A stretch of DNA of 63,785 nucleotides, the filler included, from Craspedostauros australis (taxonomy: Eukaryota), in NCBI GenBank assembly GCA_030167865.1. It is 16 parts of 16 records of this genome, joined end to end, with 100 filler letters (N's around TTAATTAATTAA, not from the genome) between each part and the next. Parts side by side here need not be neighbours in the genome. Positions count along the whole stretch, not along the records: positions 24,674 to 26,608 come from JALAGF010001549.1; positions 26,709 to 27,870 come from JALAGF010001551.1; positions 27,971 to 29,111 come from JALAGF010001552.1; positions 29,212 to 31,018 come from JALAGF010001553.1; positions 31,119 to 33,771 come from JALAGF010001555.1; positions 33,872 to 34,958 come from JALAGF010001556.1; positions 35,059 to 41,964 come from JALAGF010001557.1; 9 more parts are not named here. One strand, 5' to 3'. Of this stretch, positions 24,674 to 35,813 are shown piece by piece (the stretch's first letter is position 1; every line of letters starts with the position of its first letter). The translations under genes were made by a program, and so were the position numbers. The notes under the pieces were generated by a model. It worked only from the letters and a program-made list of their open reading frames with translations, had not been told where the DNA came from and searched no databases.

Positions 24674-26210
24674 CCTAGCAAGGAAACACGCGATGGCACT
24701 CGACTATGGAATCAACTTCGAGAAGTTCGGAGACAACGACATCAACATCATGCAAGACCTCATCACGGAGTACGGACTGGTGACACCCGAGCCTTTCAAG
24801 ATCTTCGACAACATTATTGTGGGTGAAGATAATAAGAACAAAGTCGATCCAGAGTTCATGGATCAAGAGAAACTGGAGAAGCCATACATCGTGGATGAGG
24901 CAATTCAACTGTTCTGTGTGTGGCTGTTGGAGGGTGGAATCAGGGTGAAAGGTGGTGATGGCTTTCTTGGAACAACGCCGTTTGCCTACGAGGCGTTGTC
25001 GACGCAGATCATCGGTGCTGCTATCACTGCAGCCAAGACGGTCGCATTCAATCACAGGAAATGCATCCAATCCATCCTGGGGGATACCCTCAAAATGAAG
25101 CTTAAATCATCCAGTGGAGACCCTGGCGACAAGATAGACCACGTGAAGGTGGAATGGGACGCGCTGAAAGGTGTGATTCCATTTTCTGATAAGTCTGAGC
25201 TCGCGATGGATGGAATGTACTATCAGCAGTCTGAAATGAACGTCAACGAACCGACCAGACCAACCAAGCCCAAGAACTTTGAATCCATGACCCCAAGTGA
25301 GGTCGAGGAGTGGTTGGAAAACGAAAAGAAGAAACGTATCAAAGCCCGTGACAATCGCATCAAGCTGAACCGTTGGAAGAGGTTGAAAACAAAGCAAGTC
25401 GATCGAAACTTTGGCAGCAGGCGTCGTGGGCTGGTCTCCACATGGAAGAAAGCCAAAGGTTTTGATGCTTCAAAGTGGGAGACCTTGGTGCCATCGTTCG
25501 ACATGGACAAAGACCTGACGAGAGGGCTTCTCAAGATGAGGAATGCCTGCGCTAAGCTTGAGCCAACGGCCACAAAGAAAAAAGTGCCCCAATTAAATCC
25601 AACCAAGCAGAATTTCTGCTCATCACTCACAACTGTGGCGGAGGGATCGAGCAACCTCGCGGATGGATACGTTTCCACTGTTGGCATGAAGAAGATCACA
25701 GACTGCGCAGGTAAAATCTCAAGATGGCAAGTGGGACTCTTCACGGTCTGCATCCAAGCCAAAGATTTTTTTGATTCCAGCACAATTGGCAACAAGAAAA
25801 TCCGCGACAACAGAGGCAGAGTCTACGACAGCCTCCTGAACACCACGTTTGGCTTGAATCGACTGTACTGTGTTGCAAGCAGGGAAGACAAACTCAGTCT
25901 TGATAGTCCGTATACCGGAGAGGCGGCCGACGGAACATCTTTCTACGCAGGCTTTCCCACCGATGAGAGTCCACTGATGAGTGAATCGATGAACAAGCTC
26001 GATGATCGTCGCCGGCGAAGTCGGAAGACCATCGAGAACGCAAATCGTATCATCTACCCTCAGTCTTTGGAAGATGCGAAGGACATTGTCGCTGGGATCA
26101 AGAGGACGTGTCCTTGGTTGCAGGAGCCGAAGCGAAAAAGAAAACAGGTAAGAGATGGATCAGGTGGAGGACAACGTAGCCGCAAGAAAAGCAACACAAA
26201 GAAAAGCTGA
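24674..26210 (+). CDS. Hypothetical protein, over 505 aa, possibly 5' truncated, basic NLS-like C-terminus
   Basis: Long ORF with protein-like composition; no motif recognised. Confidence 0.6.
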
Positions 26211-26320
26211 GGAGAAGCATGATGCAGAACCGAATGGGAATGTGTGAAGGCGTGATGACCGACCACATACACATACATACTAGTACCTATATACATACGT
26301 GCATGCCTTCGTCACCATAT

Positions 26321-26370
26321 CCCTAATGAGAAATTTGCTGACAAATTTGGCACATGTGCCAAATTTGTCA
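26321..26370 (+). mobile_element. Putative piggyBac-like terminus with a perfect 32-bp palindrome
   Basis: ATAT|CCCTAATGAG... followed by TGACAAATTTGGCACATGTGCCAAATTTGTCA at 26339-26370. Confidence 0.4.
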
Positions 26371-26708
26371 CTGCTTTTGGGTTCGCATCAACAGCACTAT
26401 TTGGCCTCCACGTGTAGGTGGTGAGATCGCATGCCAGACCAACATGGTCCTCCAGTGTGGTGGCTTCTCTCATTGTTTTATTGGAACCTTCTGGCGCAGG
26501 CAATTTTGGCTGCAAACAAGGCCGCATAAGGAATTCAGAACCCTAAGGACATACCCCATAAATGAATTATTTATCAACAAGCCGGAACGCTTCGTGCATA
26601 GACACTGTNNNNNNNNNNNNNNNNNNNNNNNNNNNNNNNNNNNNNNNNNNNNTTAATTAATTAANNNNNNNNNNNNNNNNNNNNNNNNNNNNNNNNNNNN
26701 NNNNNNNN

Positions 26709-27764
26709 GCTTCCGGTGCCTGCTTGAGCGATGGCCTCAGCCGCCGAGGTGTATACCCCAGGGCGTCGTCCGTCGATCGCCACATACCACTCCGTGGCCG
26801 TAGTTGGGGCAGGTGCGGGAGCGAGACTCGGGGAGGGACGGCCATGTTGGAGCAGTTGCGTGATTTGCGCCTGCTGATTCGCCAGTGCCCGCAACATTGC
26901 TTGCGTGGTCTCCTCTGACTTGCGTTGGTGGAGCTCCATCGCTTCACGGTTGAGGGATGCCTGATGGCGCACCACATGCATGAGTTCGTCAGCTGCGGTG
27001 GTGGCCAGAGCAGGAGGAGAGTAGTGCGTTCCGTGCTGGGAGGAAAGGACTGGACGGGAGACGACCGGGACGGGGCGCATCAATGGGACCGGGGGTGTGC
27101 GACCGGATGCCAGTGGCTGGGTGGCTGGTGGCGGGCCAGCGGGGTTGGTCTTGATGCGGACGGGTGGCGTCGGCTGTACATCGATACCGGGTCGTCCTGC
27201 TGGCTTGGTGTCAAGGTCGAATCCGACCACTCCGACGCTTTTGGAGTCGCTGTCGTTGCGGGCAGCGGCATCCGTGATATCCATCTTGCCGACAGCCTCG
27301 AGATCGCGGAGCGCGGCGGCNNNNNNNNNNNNNNNNNNNNNNNNNNNNNNNNNGCTGCTCTCGATGAGATCGCGTCGGGGTGCTCCGCCGAGCGTGGTTG
27401 TGTCGAGGCATTGGTACACTCCCGAGAGTCCACGGCGGTCAGGGTCGCGGCGAAGGGCATGGTGGTTGCTGCGGCGGCACTCGCTGGCCAAGTTGGCGCA
27501 GAGTAGAGTGTGGCCGTCCTCCGACTTAGAGGAGAGGCGGACCAGGCAGATGCGGTCGTCAGCCACGACGTGCCCGATGGCCATCCCGATCCCGACTTGG
27601 TCGAGGAGAGTGTCGCTGCCCATGTCGCCAGAGCGGGCGGATCCGCTGGCCACCGAGGATACAGTCTCTACTGGAATCCCGGGCCCGGACTCAGCCGGAG
27701 GCATACTGGCGAAGGCGGAGGCTTCAGACGCAAGAAGCGAGGAGAGATTGGGTGGGTCGGTCAT
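26709..27764 (-). mobile_element. Retroelement gag/ORF1-like protein with a Cys/His cluster and an RNase H1 N-terminal (viroplasmin-like) hybrid-binding domain, truncated
   Basis: WYVAIDGRRPGVYTSAAEA matches the hybrid-binding motif; C..C..C..H cluster (ICLVR...LCANLASECRRSNH). A DIRS/Ngaro-type origin is inferred. Confidence 0.55.
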
Positions 27765-27970
27765 GGTGAGGACTCAAGAAGAAGGCGAAAGGCGTGAAGT
27801 GGTGTAGAAGGCGTTGTTTTGTTGCTAGGTTACCCCTGAGCAAGCGTTGCGGGAAGCGTTATCCGAAGCGNNNNNNNNNNNNNNNNNNNNNNNNNNNNNN
27901 NNNNNNNNNNNNNNTTAATTAATTAANNNNNNNNNNNNNNNNNNNNNNNNNNNNNNNNNNNNNNNNNNNN

Positions 27971-29111
27971 CCCTCTCCTGCAACAACTTCGAACCAACAT
28001 CAAGTCCAGCCTCCTCACGTCCCAACAAAGAAGCCTACTCCTCACCTTCGTGCCGGCATTGTCCATCCTCTTCAGCGATGGTGACAGTGACAACGCTTCC
28101 CCAACCTCGCAACAAGCCAATTTCAGCCCCGGTGCACAATCCAAGGCGCCGCAGGTTTCATCCACGAATACATCATGGAATCGATTCCAATACACTTTCA
28201 CACAGTTCTTGGGCGCTGTGTCATCGAAGAATTGTCCTGTCGTGATGGTGCTGGATGACTTGCAATGGGCATCCCAAGAGTGCATGGAGCTGATGTCGTC
28301 AATTGTACATCGCTCGCACTTTTTGTGGATCGGGACCATCCGGCAGGAAGTCAATCCTCATTCACCTGATGAGGTCCTGGAATTAGGAGGCAATGTGCCT
28401 TTTCGCATGCTCTTGGCGGATATCAACCTGAACAACCCCGCTAGCAACACTGGCAACAACACCAGCCGCAATGGAGTCATCGACAAAGCAACAGTGATGC
28501 CTCCATACACCGACATACACCTCAACAACTTCGACAAGCAACAGCTGCGCGACTGGGTGTCAGAACTGTTCCAACAAGACGACGACGTTGTGGATGAGGT
28601 GACCAACCTGCTTTTCAGACAAACGGATGGTAACATCTTCCACACAGTCCAGCTTCTAGAAGACATGGAACGAAACAAGGTCCTGGTGTACAGCCGTATC
28701 ACCTTCCAGTGGGAGATGAATACTGCCGCTGGTGCCTCTTCCAACGCCCAGGGTGGCACCGACAATGGTGGTTCTGCGGTGGAGTATGGAGGCTACGGCG
28801 GATCCAGCAACATCATCCAGCTCATCTCCTCGAAGCTGCGATCTTTGCCCACCCAGTTGCAAAAGGCACTCGTGCTGGCATCGTACATCCGATCCTCGTT
28901 CGAGTTGGAGCTGTTGCAAGTCGTGTGGGACTATGAACAGCGACACAATCCCACCAATGACGACATCCTCGGTGAGAACAGCAACATGGACAATGTCGAC
29001 CCAAGCAAGCCGCTTGTGGAATGGTTAGAGCAGGCTGTCCTCGAAGGACTGCTCGCCAACTCCATCGGAGGCACAAGCTACCGTTTCACCCACGATCGCA
29101 TCCAACAGGCT
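27971..29111 (+). CDS. STAND/AAA-type ATPase (COG3899-like) internal fragment
   Basis: Walker B VMVLDDLQWA, TDGNIFH (GxP-like), YRFTHDRIQQA; both ends cut by contig limits. Confidence 0.88.
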
Positions 29112-29211
29112 NNNNNNNNNNNNNNNNNNNNNNNNNNNNNNNNNNNNNNNNNNNNTTAATTAATTAANNNNNNNNNNNNNNNNNNNNNNNNNNNNNNNNN
29201 NNNNNNNNNNN

Positions 29212-30955
29212 TCCGTTGATGATGTCCATCAGAATGCTGTTGTTACCAAGCTGATAACCGTTGTACAGAGCCTTGTTCGTGGAGAAAAGGTTCACTGCCA
29301 TCTTGGGTGTGTACTTCACATCATCGAGCCGGATGATGTGGCCAGTGTTGTCTCGTTGCTTGACCTTCAAGCGAATGGACCCCATCTTGGGAGAATCCAG
29401 CTTCGTGCTGTCTCCCACTTGGACGAAGGACTTGATGTGCCGCACGTTGAAGAGAGCGGCGTCTGAATTGACGATGTGACACGAAGCTCCACTGTCGGTG
29501 AGCCAGGTGTCCTTGTTGACCTTGTCCTTATACTTGGTGCTCAGCTCGTGGAGTTGCTCCATAGCTGCTGCAGCTATCTCGTCGTCGAAGCTGCCGTCGT
29601 TGTCGTCTTCGTGGACTCCATCTTCGTTGTATGGATTGCGGTGCTCCTCATCGTCCATGTTGTCGGGTAGTTGCGCGTAGTCTGATGGAACCGTGCTGTT
29701 CCGATGTGATCCTGTGACTGGATCGTATGGGTGGACGCGTCCTCGTTCGCGTAAGAGTACGCGCATGCATCCTCCAAGGATGTAATGCAGGTCCGTCTCT
29801 GGGATGGTCTCTGTGTTATCCGCTTCCAACAGTCGGCTGATGATGACCGAGTTGGCGAGAATCTCTTCGATTGATCTGAAGTTCTCGAATAGGATGGATC
29901 CCATCATGTTCACCCATATTGGTCTCAGCACTCCTTGTGCAACTCCTGGGAACAGGCTCACTCCTGCTTCCATTACAGCATCGAAGATGAGTTGCTTCTG
30001 AATAATCAATGCTGTTGCCGTTGCGTAGGGAATGGTATCATGACGATGGATGTGGTTCGAGTTGTTGGGGCTCTCGATCGGTGGGAAGTCGATGTTCCCT
30101 GGGTAGACGACACGCTCGTTTGGGTTGAAGCTGTCGTCTGGATGGTCTTCGGTTTCGTCACTATCATCTTCATCGAAGATGCCCGTTCTCTCGTTCCGCA
30201 TTGCTGGAGGAGGCGGCGCCGCGCCGCCGTTCGTTTCGTCTTTGCCTCCGTTGTCCTCGTCGGTCTCATCGTCAGCCTCTTCGCTCATAGCCTCTTCGAT
30301 GTCGATGTCGATGGCCTTGTTGCCCATCTCGGCTTCGTCGCCGTATGAACCGATCAGGTCGTTTGCGTTGAAGCAGTATTCGTAGCTCACTTCGCGTCTT
30401 GGACCCACCTCGTGGATGATGGGCTCCTCGTTGAGCCACTACGAGACGATCTCATCGTCCTGCACTTCGTCGTCACTTCCGACGCACACGAAGTTATCGA
30501 AGAAGGAGTCTTTGATGTAGTCATCGGACACCAACATGCAGAGCGGCATGTCTTTTGCCGAGAGTACCATCTCGTGCCCGCTCTTGTCGTGTCCTTCCGT
30601 AGCCGCGTTGGCTTGTTCGTTGTTCTTCTTGTTCTCGTTGAACTTCTTCTTTCGGCACTCCGCCTCGCGGTGTCCGAAGATGCCACAGTAGTTGCACTTC
30701 CTGTTGAAGCTGCTTCCCTTGTAATGGTTGTTGTTGCGCTTTCCGTTCATCTTGTTGTTGTTGTTGTTGTTGTTCTTCTTCTTGTTGTTCGATTTCTTGC
30801 GTTCTGGGCAATCGGCGGATCTATGACCATACACACCAAAGTTGTGGCAGGTCCCCTTGAAGTTACCGGTGCTTGTGAAGCCGGTGTCGTTGCTTTTCGT
30901 GTTACTGTCTTGGAAATCATCGACGTACGCCTTACCTCTGTTGGCAAGTTCCGCT
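29212..30955 (-). mobile_element. Ty1/copia gag-protease fragment, degenerate
   Basis: Zinc knuckles CHNFGVYGHRSADC (C to F) and CNYCGIFGHREAEC, in-frame TAG at 30439-30441, acidic spacer, protease WLTDSGASCHI, then VKYTPKMAVNLFS. Confidence 0.88.
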
Positions 30956-31118
30956 CACGGTAACCTACGATCGTGGAAGATGGTGTTGGTTGATAGTCGT
31001 CTGTTTGCTATTTCATTANNNNNNNNNNNNNNNNNNNNNNNNNNNNNNNNNNNNNNNNNNNNTTAATTAATTAANNNNNNNNNNNNNNNNNNNNNNNNNN
31101 NNNNNNNNNNNNNNNNNN

Positions 31119-31904
31119 AGTCTCAGCCCCACCTTCACGATCTTCCTGGCAGCCATGTTTCTTGGAGAACCCATCTTTCCTTCTCATTGTGTGGCAACGG
31201 TCGTCAGTCTCGCAGGCGCCATCTGCATCGCTCGTCCGTCCATCATCTTCGGCGTCGACAAAGGCAACTCATGGATTGCTGACTCTCCCTACTACTGGGT
31301 TGGATACATCACTGCCATCTTGGGCAGCATATGCGGCGCTGGAGCCATGGCGTTGATGCGCGGCGCCGGAACGATGGGCGTGCACACATTGCAATTGGTG
31401 TGGTCCTTTCTCGTCTTCAGCTTCATCATCGCGGTCGTCTTCGGGCACATGGAGTGGGTGGAACGCATCGACGGAGTCTGGTCCATGCACCGGGATCCCA
31501 AGATCTTGATGTACCTCGCAGCCATGGGGTTGACCGGCACCGCGGGCCATGTCATGTTGAACCATGCCGCGCGACTGGCACCGGCGGGAATGGGCAGCAT
31601 CGTGCGCAGCTCCAACATCGTGTGGGCCTACCTCTTTGAAGTCGTCGTCTTTCATGAAGTTCCGCAACTGACCACGTGGGTGGGTGTGTTCTTGATCTTT
31701 ACCTCTTTGGCGATCATCGCGGTTCAGAAATTGCGGGATGATCGGGAGAATCGGGAGGTGGCGGTGGTTCATGAAGGATGCAGTTTAATCAGCAATGGCA
31801 GTTCTGACATTGATGGTGTGGGCGATGATGAAACGGGGCGTCGAGGCGAGAATGAAGCAACGCCATTGATGCTCCAAGCAACTGAAAATGGCACCACATC
31901 GTAG
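31119..31904 (+). CDS. Drug/metabolite (EamA, SLC35G-like) transporter, 5' truncated
   Basis: SPTFTIFLAAMFLGEP, GAICIARP, IVWAYLFEVVVFHEVP; multiple TM helices. Confidence 0.9.
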   Translation, partial: SLSPTFTIFLAAMFLGEPIFPSHCVATVVSLAGAICIARPSIIFGVDKGNSWIADSPYYWVGYITAILGSICGAGAMALMRGAGTMGVHTLQLVWSFLVFSFIIAVVFGHMEWVERIDGVWSMHRDPKILMYLAAMGLTGTAGHVMLNHAARLAPAGMGSIVRSSNIVWAYLFEVVVFHEVPQLTTWVGVFLIFTSLAIIAVQKLRDDRENREVAVVHEGCSLISNGSSDIDGVGDDETGRRGENEATPLMLQATENGTTS

Positions 31905-32366
31905 TCGTCGTTCGTGGAAATAGATCCAAAAGTCAATTGGTGTTGCTGCTGCTCTCTCGTTTTAATGATCTGCGGTGTTGCACGAACTATCTATCGTGTA
32001 CATAGTCGTAAGAGGAGGTTGTTCAATCATGATGCACATGAATCATCCAAGCATGGCACTTTGAACATGAGCGCACCCACCATGCCCGCATTTCCGGATT
32101 GCGGACAGACGCGATTTTGGCGCCAAGAAATCAGATCTGCCTCCACTCTCGCACATCACAAACCCATCACAAACCCATCACAATCCCATCACAGAGAATC
32201 AATCGATGAGCAAGAGCACGCCACTGCATGGCTCGTACCACAGGCTATGGCTGATGGTTGCACGCGATCTCTTCTTTGGAATCGATCCACATCAGCCTGC
32301 TTCAGACATCCTGCGTTCATCATTGCGTTTGCGATGCTGTGGATGGATTCCATTGCCGCATTGACC

Positions 32367-33771
32367 ATGAATTGCCAGACATCATCATCATCTGCTCGCA
32401 CGATGGCATGTGACGAATCCATCGGTTGGCTTCGCAAGCCAGCGATTGTGTGGCAGAAAGCATCCACAGGAGACTTGTCCAGTTCAGAAGACGAAGCATT
32501 GCCTTGCTACTGGAGAGACCTGGCCTTTCTGACGACCCCGCTTCACAATGGGACAGATGCAGCAGAATCGGTGGATGGGATGGCGATGTCAACGCCGATG
32601 CAAAACCATCAACGTACGAGTGTTGCGATCACGTACCAGACGTTGATCTATGCGACGGCGCATCTCGCCATTCAATTGAGACAGGAGATCCGCCAATGCG
32701 CGCCGCTTCCATCATTCGACGAGAACATTCCATCCATCGGTTTGCCCATCGCCGTTGCCATACCGGAAGGTCCGCTCCTGCCCCTCGTCATCCTCGCGGT
32801 GCATTGTCTCAATCATCCCTTCCGACTTGGGCAACGCGATGGCGCAGCGTACCACGGGCACGCGGTCATGATTCCGATCGAGCCCAGCCAAGACGCGAAA
32901 CAGAGGATCGCGCATATGATGGAGGATTCGAGGCCGTTGCTGGTGCTGTCCACGTCGCAAGGCGGTGCCGACTATCAGATTCTCCAATCTACTGTTGATC
33001 GTGACGCTGGAAACAGCAATGGCAACGCAGCTGCCGAAGGGCGGATCAAATCAACTTCATCGGCACGTTACATGCCCGCCGAAAAATCACACCTCGTTGA
33101 CTTGCACCAGCTATGCCAGAGTATACCGTCGATCAATTCAGACATGGAGCATCAGATCAATGATGTCTTTCGAGTTGATTCGGACTCCAACAAGAAAGGC
33201 AAGGCACGCGGCGATCAGATTTCTCTGAAGCTGGCGATCAACTTCCTTGCTGATACATGGGATGGTCCAGATCGAATGGACAGCAGCAGTGCGTCCACTA
33301 TCTCGGCAGAAACGCATACGATACCGAACGACATCGCGTCTCACAATCGGCTTTCGCATATGGTCTACACGTCCGGCACNACNGGATGGCCGAAGGGTTG
33401 CATGTCCTCCATCCAGTCGTTGGACAACTACCTGCGTGCCAAGAACGAAGCGCATTCTGTCACATCCGAATCTACAGTTCTGCTGGCAAGCGCGCTGTCC
33501 TTCGATCCATGCATGTCCGATGTGTTGGCCACCTTCCTATGCCAAGCAACGCTGGCCATCGCGCCACGGTCAAGGCTCGTCAGTCGCCTCTCACAGATCC
33601 TTCGGCAGCTGCACGTCACGCACTTGCTGTGCACGCCGACGTTGTTTCGTTTGGTCCAGGAGCCGCCCGTTGCGTTTCCGCAATTGCGGACGTTGGCGTT
33701 GGGCGGCGAACCCATTCCGGCATCTATCCGGCGTGTTTGGGGAGCGGGCGCAATGGCAACGAGCAAGACGG
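32367..33771 (+). CDS. NRPS-type adenylation domain protein (possibly AASDH/ACSF4-like), 3' truncated
   Basis: A1-like ITYQTL, A3 HMVYTSGxxGWPKG, A4 LSFDP, TPT, A5 LGGEP; start codon uncertain. Confidence 0.82.
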
Positions 33772-33872
33772 NNNNNNNNNNNNNNNNNNNNNNNNNNNNN
33801 NNNNNNNNNNNNNNNTTAATTAATTAANNNNNNNNNNNNNNNNNNNNNNNNNNNNNNNNNNNNNNNNNNNNC

Positions 33873-34299
33873 GGTGCCCTCGAACTCGCCAACGCACCCA
33901 GAATGCGTCCTCGTACCAAGCACATCAATGTCAAATACCATCACTTCCGTGAAGCCGTCAGCAAAGGGCTCATCACCATCGAGAAGGTCGACACGTTGGA
34001 CCAGATGGCTGACATATTCACCAAGCCCTTGGCACGCCCGTTATTCGAATCTCTGCGATTGCGACTATTGGGATGGTAAGCGCGGTCCGCCCGTGCCACC
34101 GACAAGAGGGAGTGTGCAGATTTAGTGCCAATTCCCGAATCTGGCCGAATCCGAACAATGAGTGTCGATGGACAGACGATACCGCACAAACCACGNGTAG
34201 GATCCACGTTGAGCAAATGACCGCTCCGCACAGTCATAATTTTTCAGAACAGACAGGTTTCACCCCCCAACACCTCCGGTCACGTGAAAAACCTGCACA
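33873..34299 (+). mobile_element. 3' end of a Ty1/copia element: RNase H, PPT and 187-bp 3' LTR
   Basis: 33873-34079 reads MRPRTKHINVKYHHFRE...DQMADIFTKPL...LLGW*. PPT AAGAGGGAG at 34104-34112; LTR 34113-34299 bounded by TGTGCAG...CTGCACA. Confidence 0.9.
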
Positions 34300-34958
34300 T
34301 CACTGGTTTCGTGTCCGATTCTGCCGCATCTCCCACATTTGGGAATGGATTTGCCGTGACTGAATTTTTGGCGTTTATTGTCGTTATTCAGACGTTTACC
34401 GCGCCTTCCACGACTGCGTTCGTCGCTTGCGTTACGCTTGCCTTTCTTGGCGCCATTGCCCTTTTTGAAGGGGCGACAGCTGTTCGCCACATCAAGGAGG
34501 CGACGGTAGAGCTCCTCAAAAGAGTGCTCATACACCTGATACCCACTTTGGAGTAGGGCACGGCTGTACTGTTCTGGACTTGCTCGGTCCAAGATCTCGA
34601 CCAGCTCAAAGTCTGGGAATGCCGTTGGTGTAATATTAGCTCCTGGCTTGGGCATGAATGGAAGGTACTGATTTAGTTCCAATAGCCGAGCACGGAAGCT
34701 TGCTAGTTCACCATGCTTGAATGAAGCATGTTGGCGCATGTAATTGCGCTGGCGTCGCCAAGCACTCGTTGGGTGTCCAAAGAATGGAGCACCCACAGCA
34801 TTCAGTCCCTCCTGGAGCTTGCTGCTGGCTGATGAGGTGGTATTGCCACTGACTGCTTGCACTGCTGTCGCAAATCGATTCTGCGCATCCCCCATCAACA
34901 AGTTGTTGAGGTGGATCATCTTCTGTGCTGCAGTGGTCATTCTCTTTGCTGCCATGAG
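34300..34958 (-). mobile_element. Gag of a second LTR retrotransposon (diatom gypsy-type), interrupted in its zinc knuckle
   Basis: RQRNYMRQ...FRARLLELNQYLPFMP...ELVEIL; the knuckle CGRCGRIGHETSD is cut at the LTR boundary. Confidence 0.7.
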
Positions 34959-35758
34959 NNNNNNNNNNNNNNNNNNNNNNNNNNNNNNNNNNNNNNNNNN
35001 NNTTAATTAATTAANNNNNNNNNNNNNNNNNNNNNNNNNNNNNNNNNNNNNNNNNNNNGAAGGACCCAGATCCTCGCAAGCCACCCCCATACCCATAGAA
35101 GCGCTGTTGCTATGATGGCATTGGTGGAATGGTATATGTTGAATCTTTCATATGAAGGTTTGGTCAACACCCTGCACACCGCACACAGCCACCGTGCGGT
35201 ATCCCGTGATTTGGCCGCGTACAATCCGCAACACCTTCTAGATGGATCCAGTCACTCACAAGCTAAATGAATACTCACTGGAATGCCTTCGATGCGCTGA
35301 NTTTGTTAAACTGTACTATTTTTGTTCTTTGCAATGAAGATGTCGTCAGAATACAATCCACAACGCAAGAAATTGGAGCAAACAGATGGATGATGTACAT
35401 ATCTACAACTAAAGTAGTCACGTATTCCCCTCATTGGATGATGTACATTCGTGTGGACTATACTGAAAATATGAAGATGATGATGAACATGTATAATATG
35501 ATGTGGCTTGAAGTTTTCCTGTGTGGTACAGGTAGTCTATATTTATGCACTAACCATGGCAGTCGATGCGAAATCCCTGTGTCCATGGGATGTCGCATGG
35601 ACAATTGGACGTTTTGTGCCACTAAGTGTTGCAAAAACAGGCTGGTTGATGCAAATCGGCACTTCAAAAGGGCTGGTTAATGAATTTCCTCGAAAATAAG
35701 TGGACTCATGAGTCCACTTACGGCTAAGTGGATTCACCAGTCCCGAAAAATTCCTTAC

Positions 35759-35813
35759 GGATATCGCAGACCAAGAATTAGAATGCCCATTTCTAAGTGC
35801 AGGTCGACCCGCT
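35759..35813 (+). repeat. Dispersed ~55-bp repeat; second copy at 59029-59083
   Basis: GGATATCGCAGA...TTAGAATGYCCATTTCWAAGTGCAGGTCGACYCGCT occurs in two contigs. Confidence 0.85.

Noticed and set aside
19394..34958. Apparent island of diverse mobile elements as a single system
   Set aside because: These are separate small contigs concatenated arbitrarily; adjacency across linkers is meaningless
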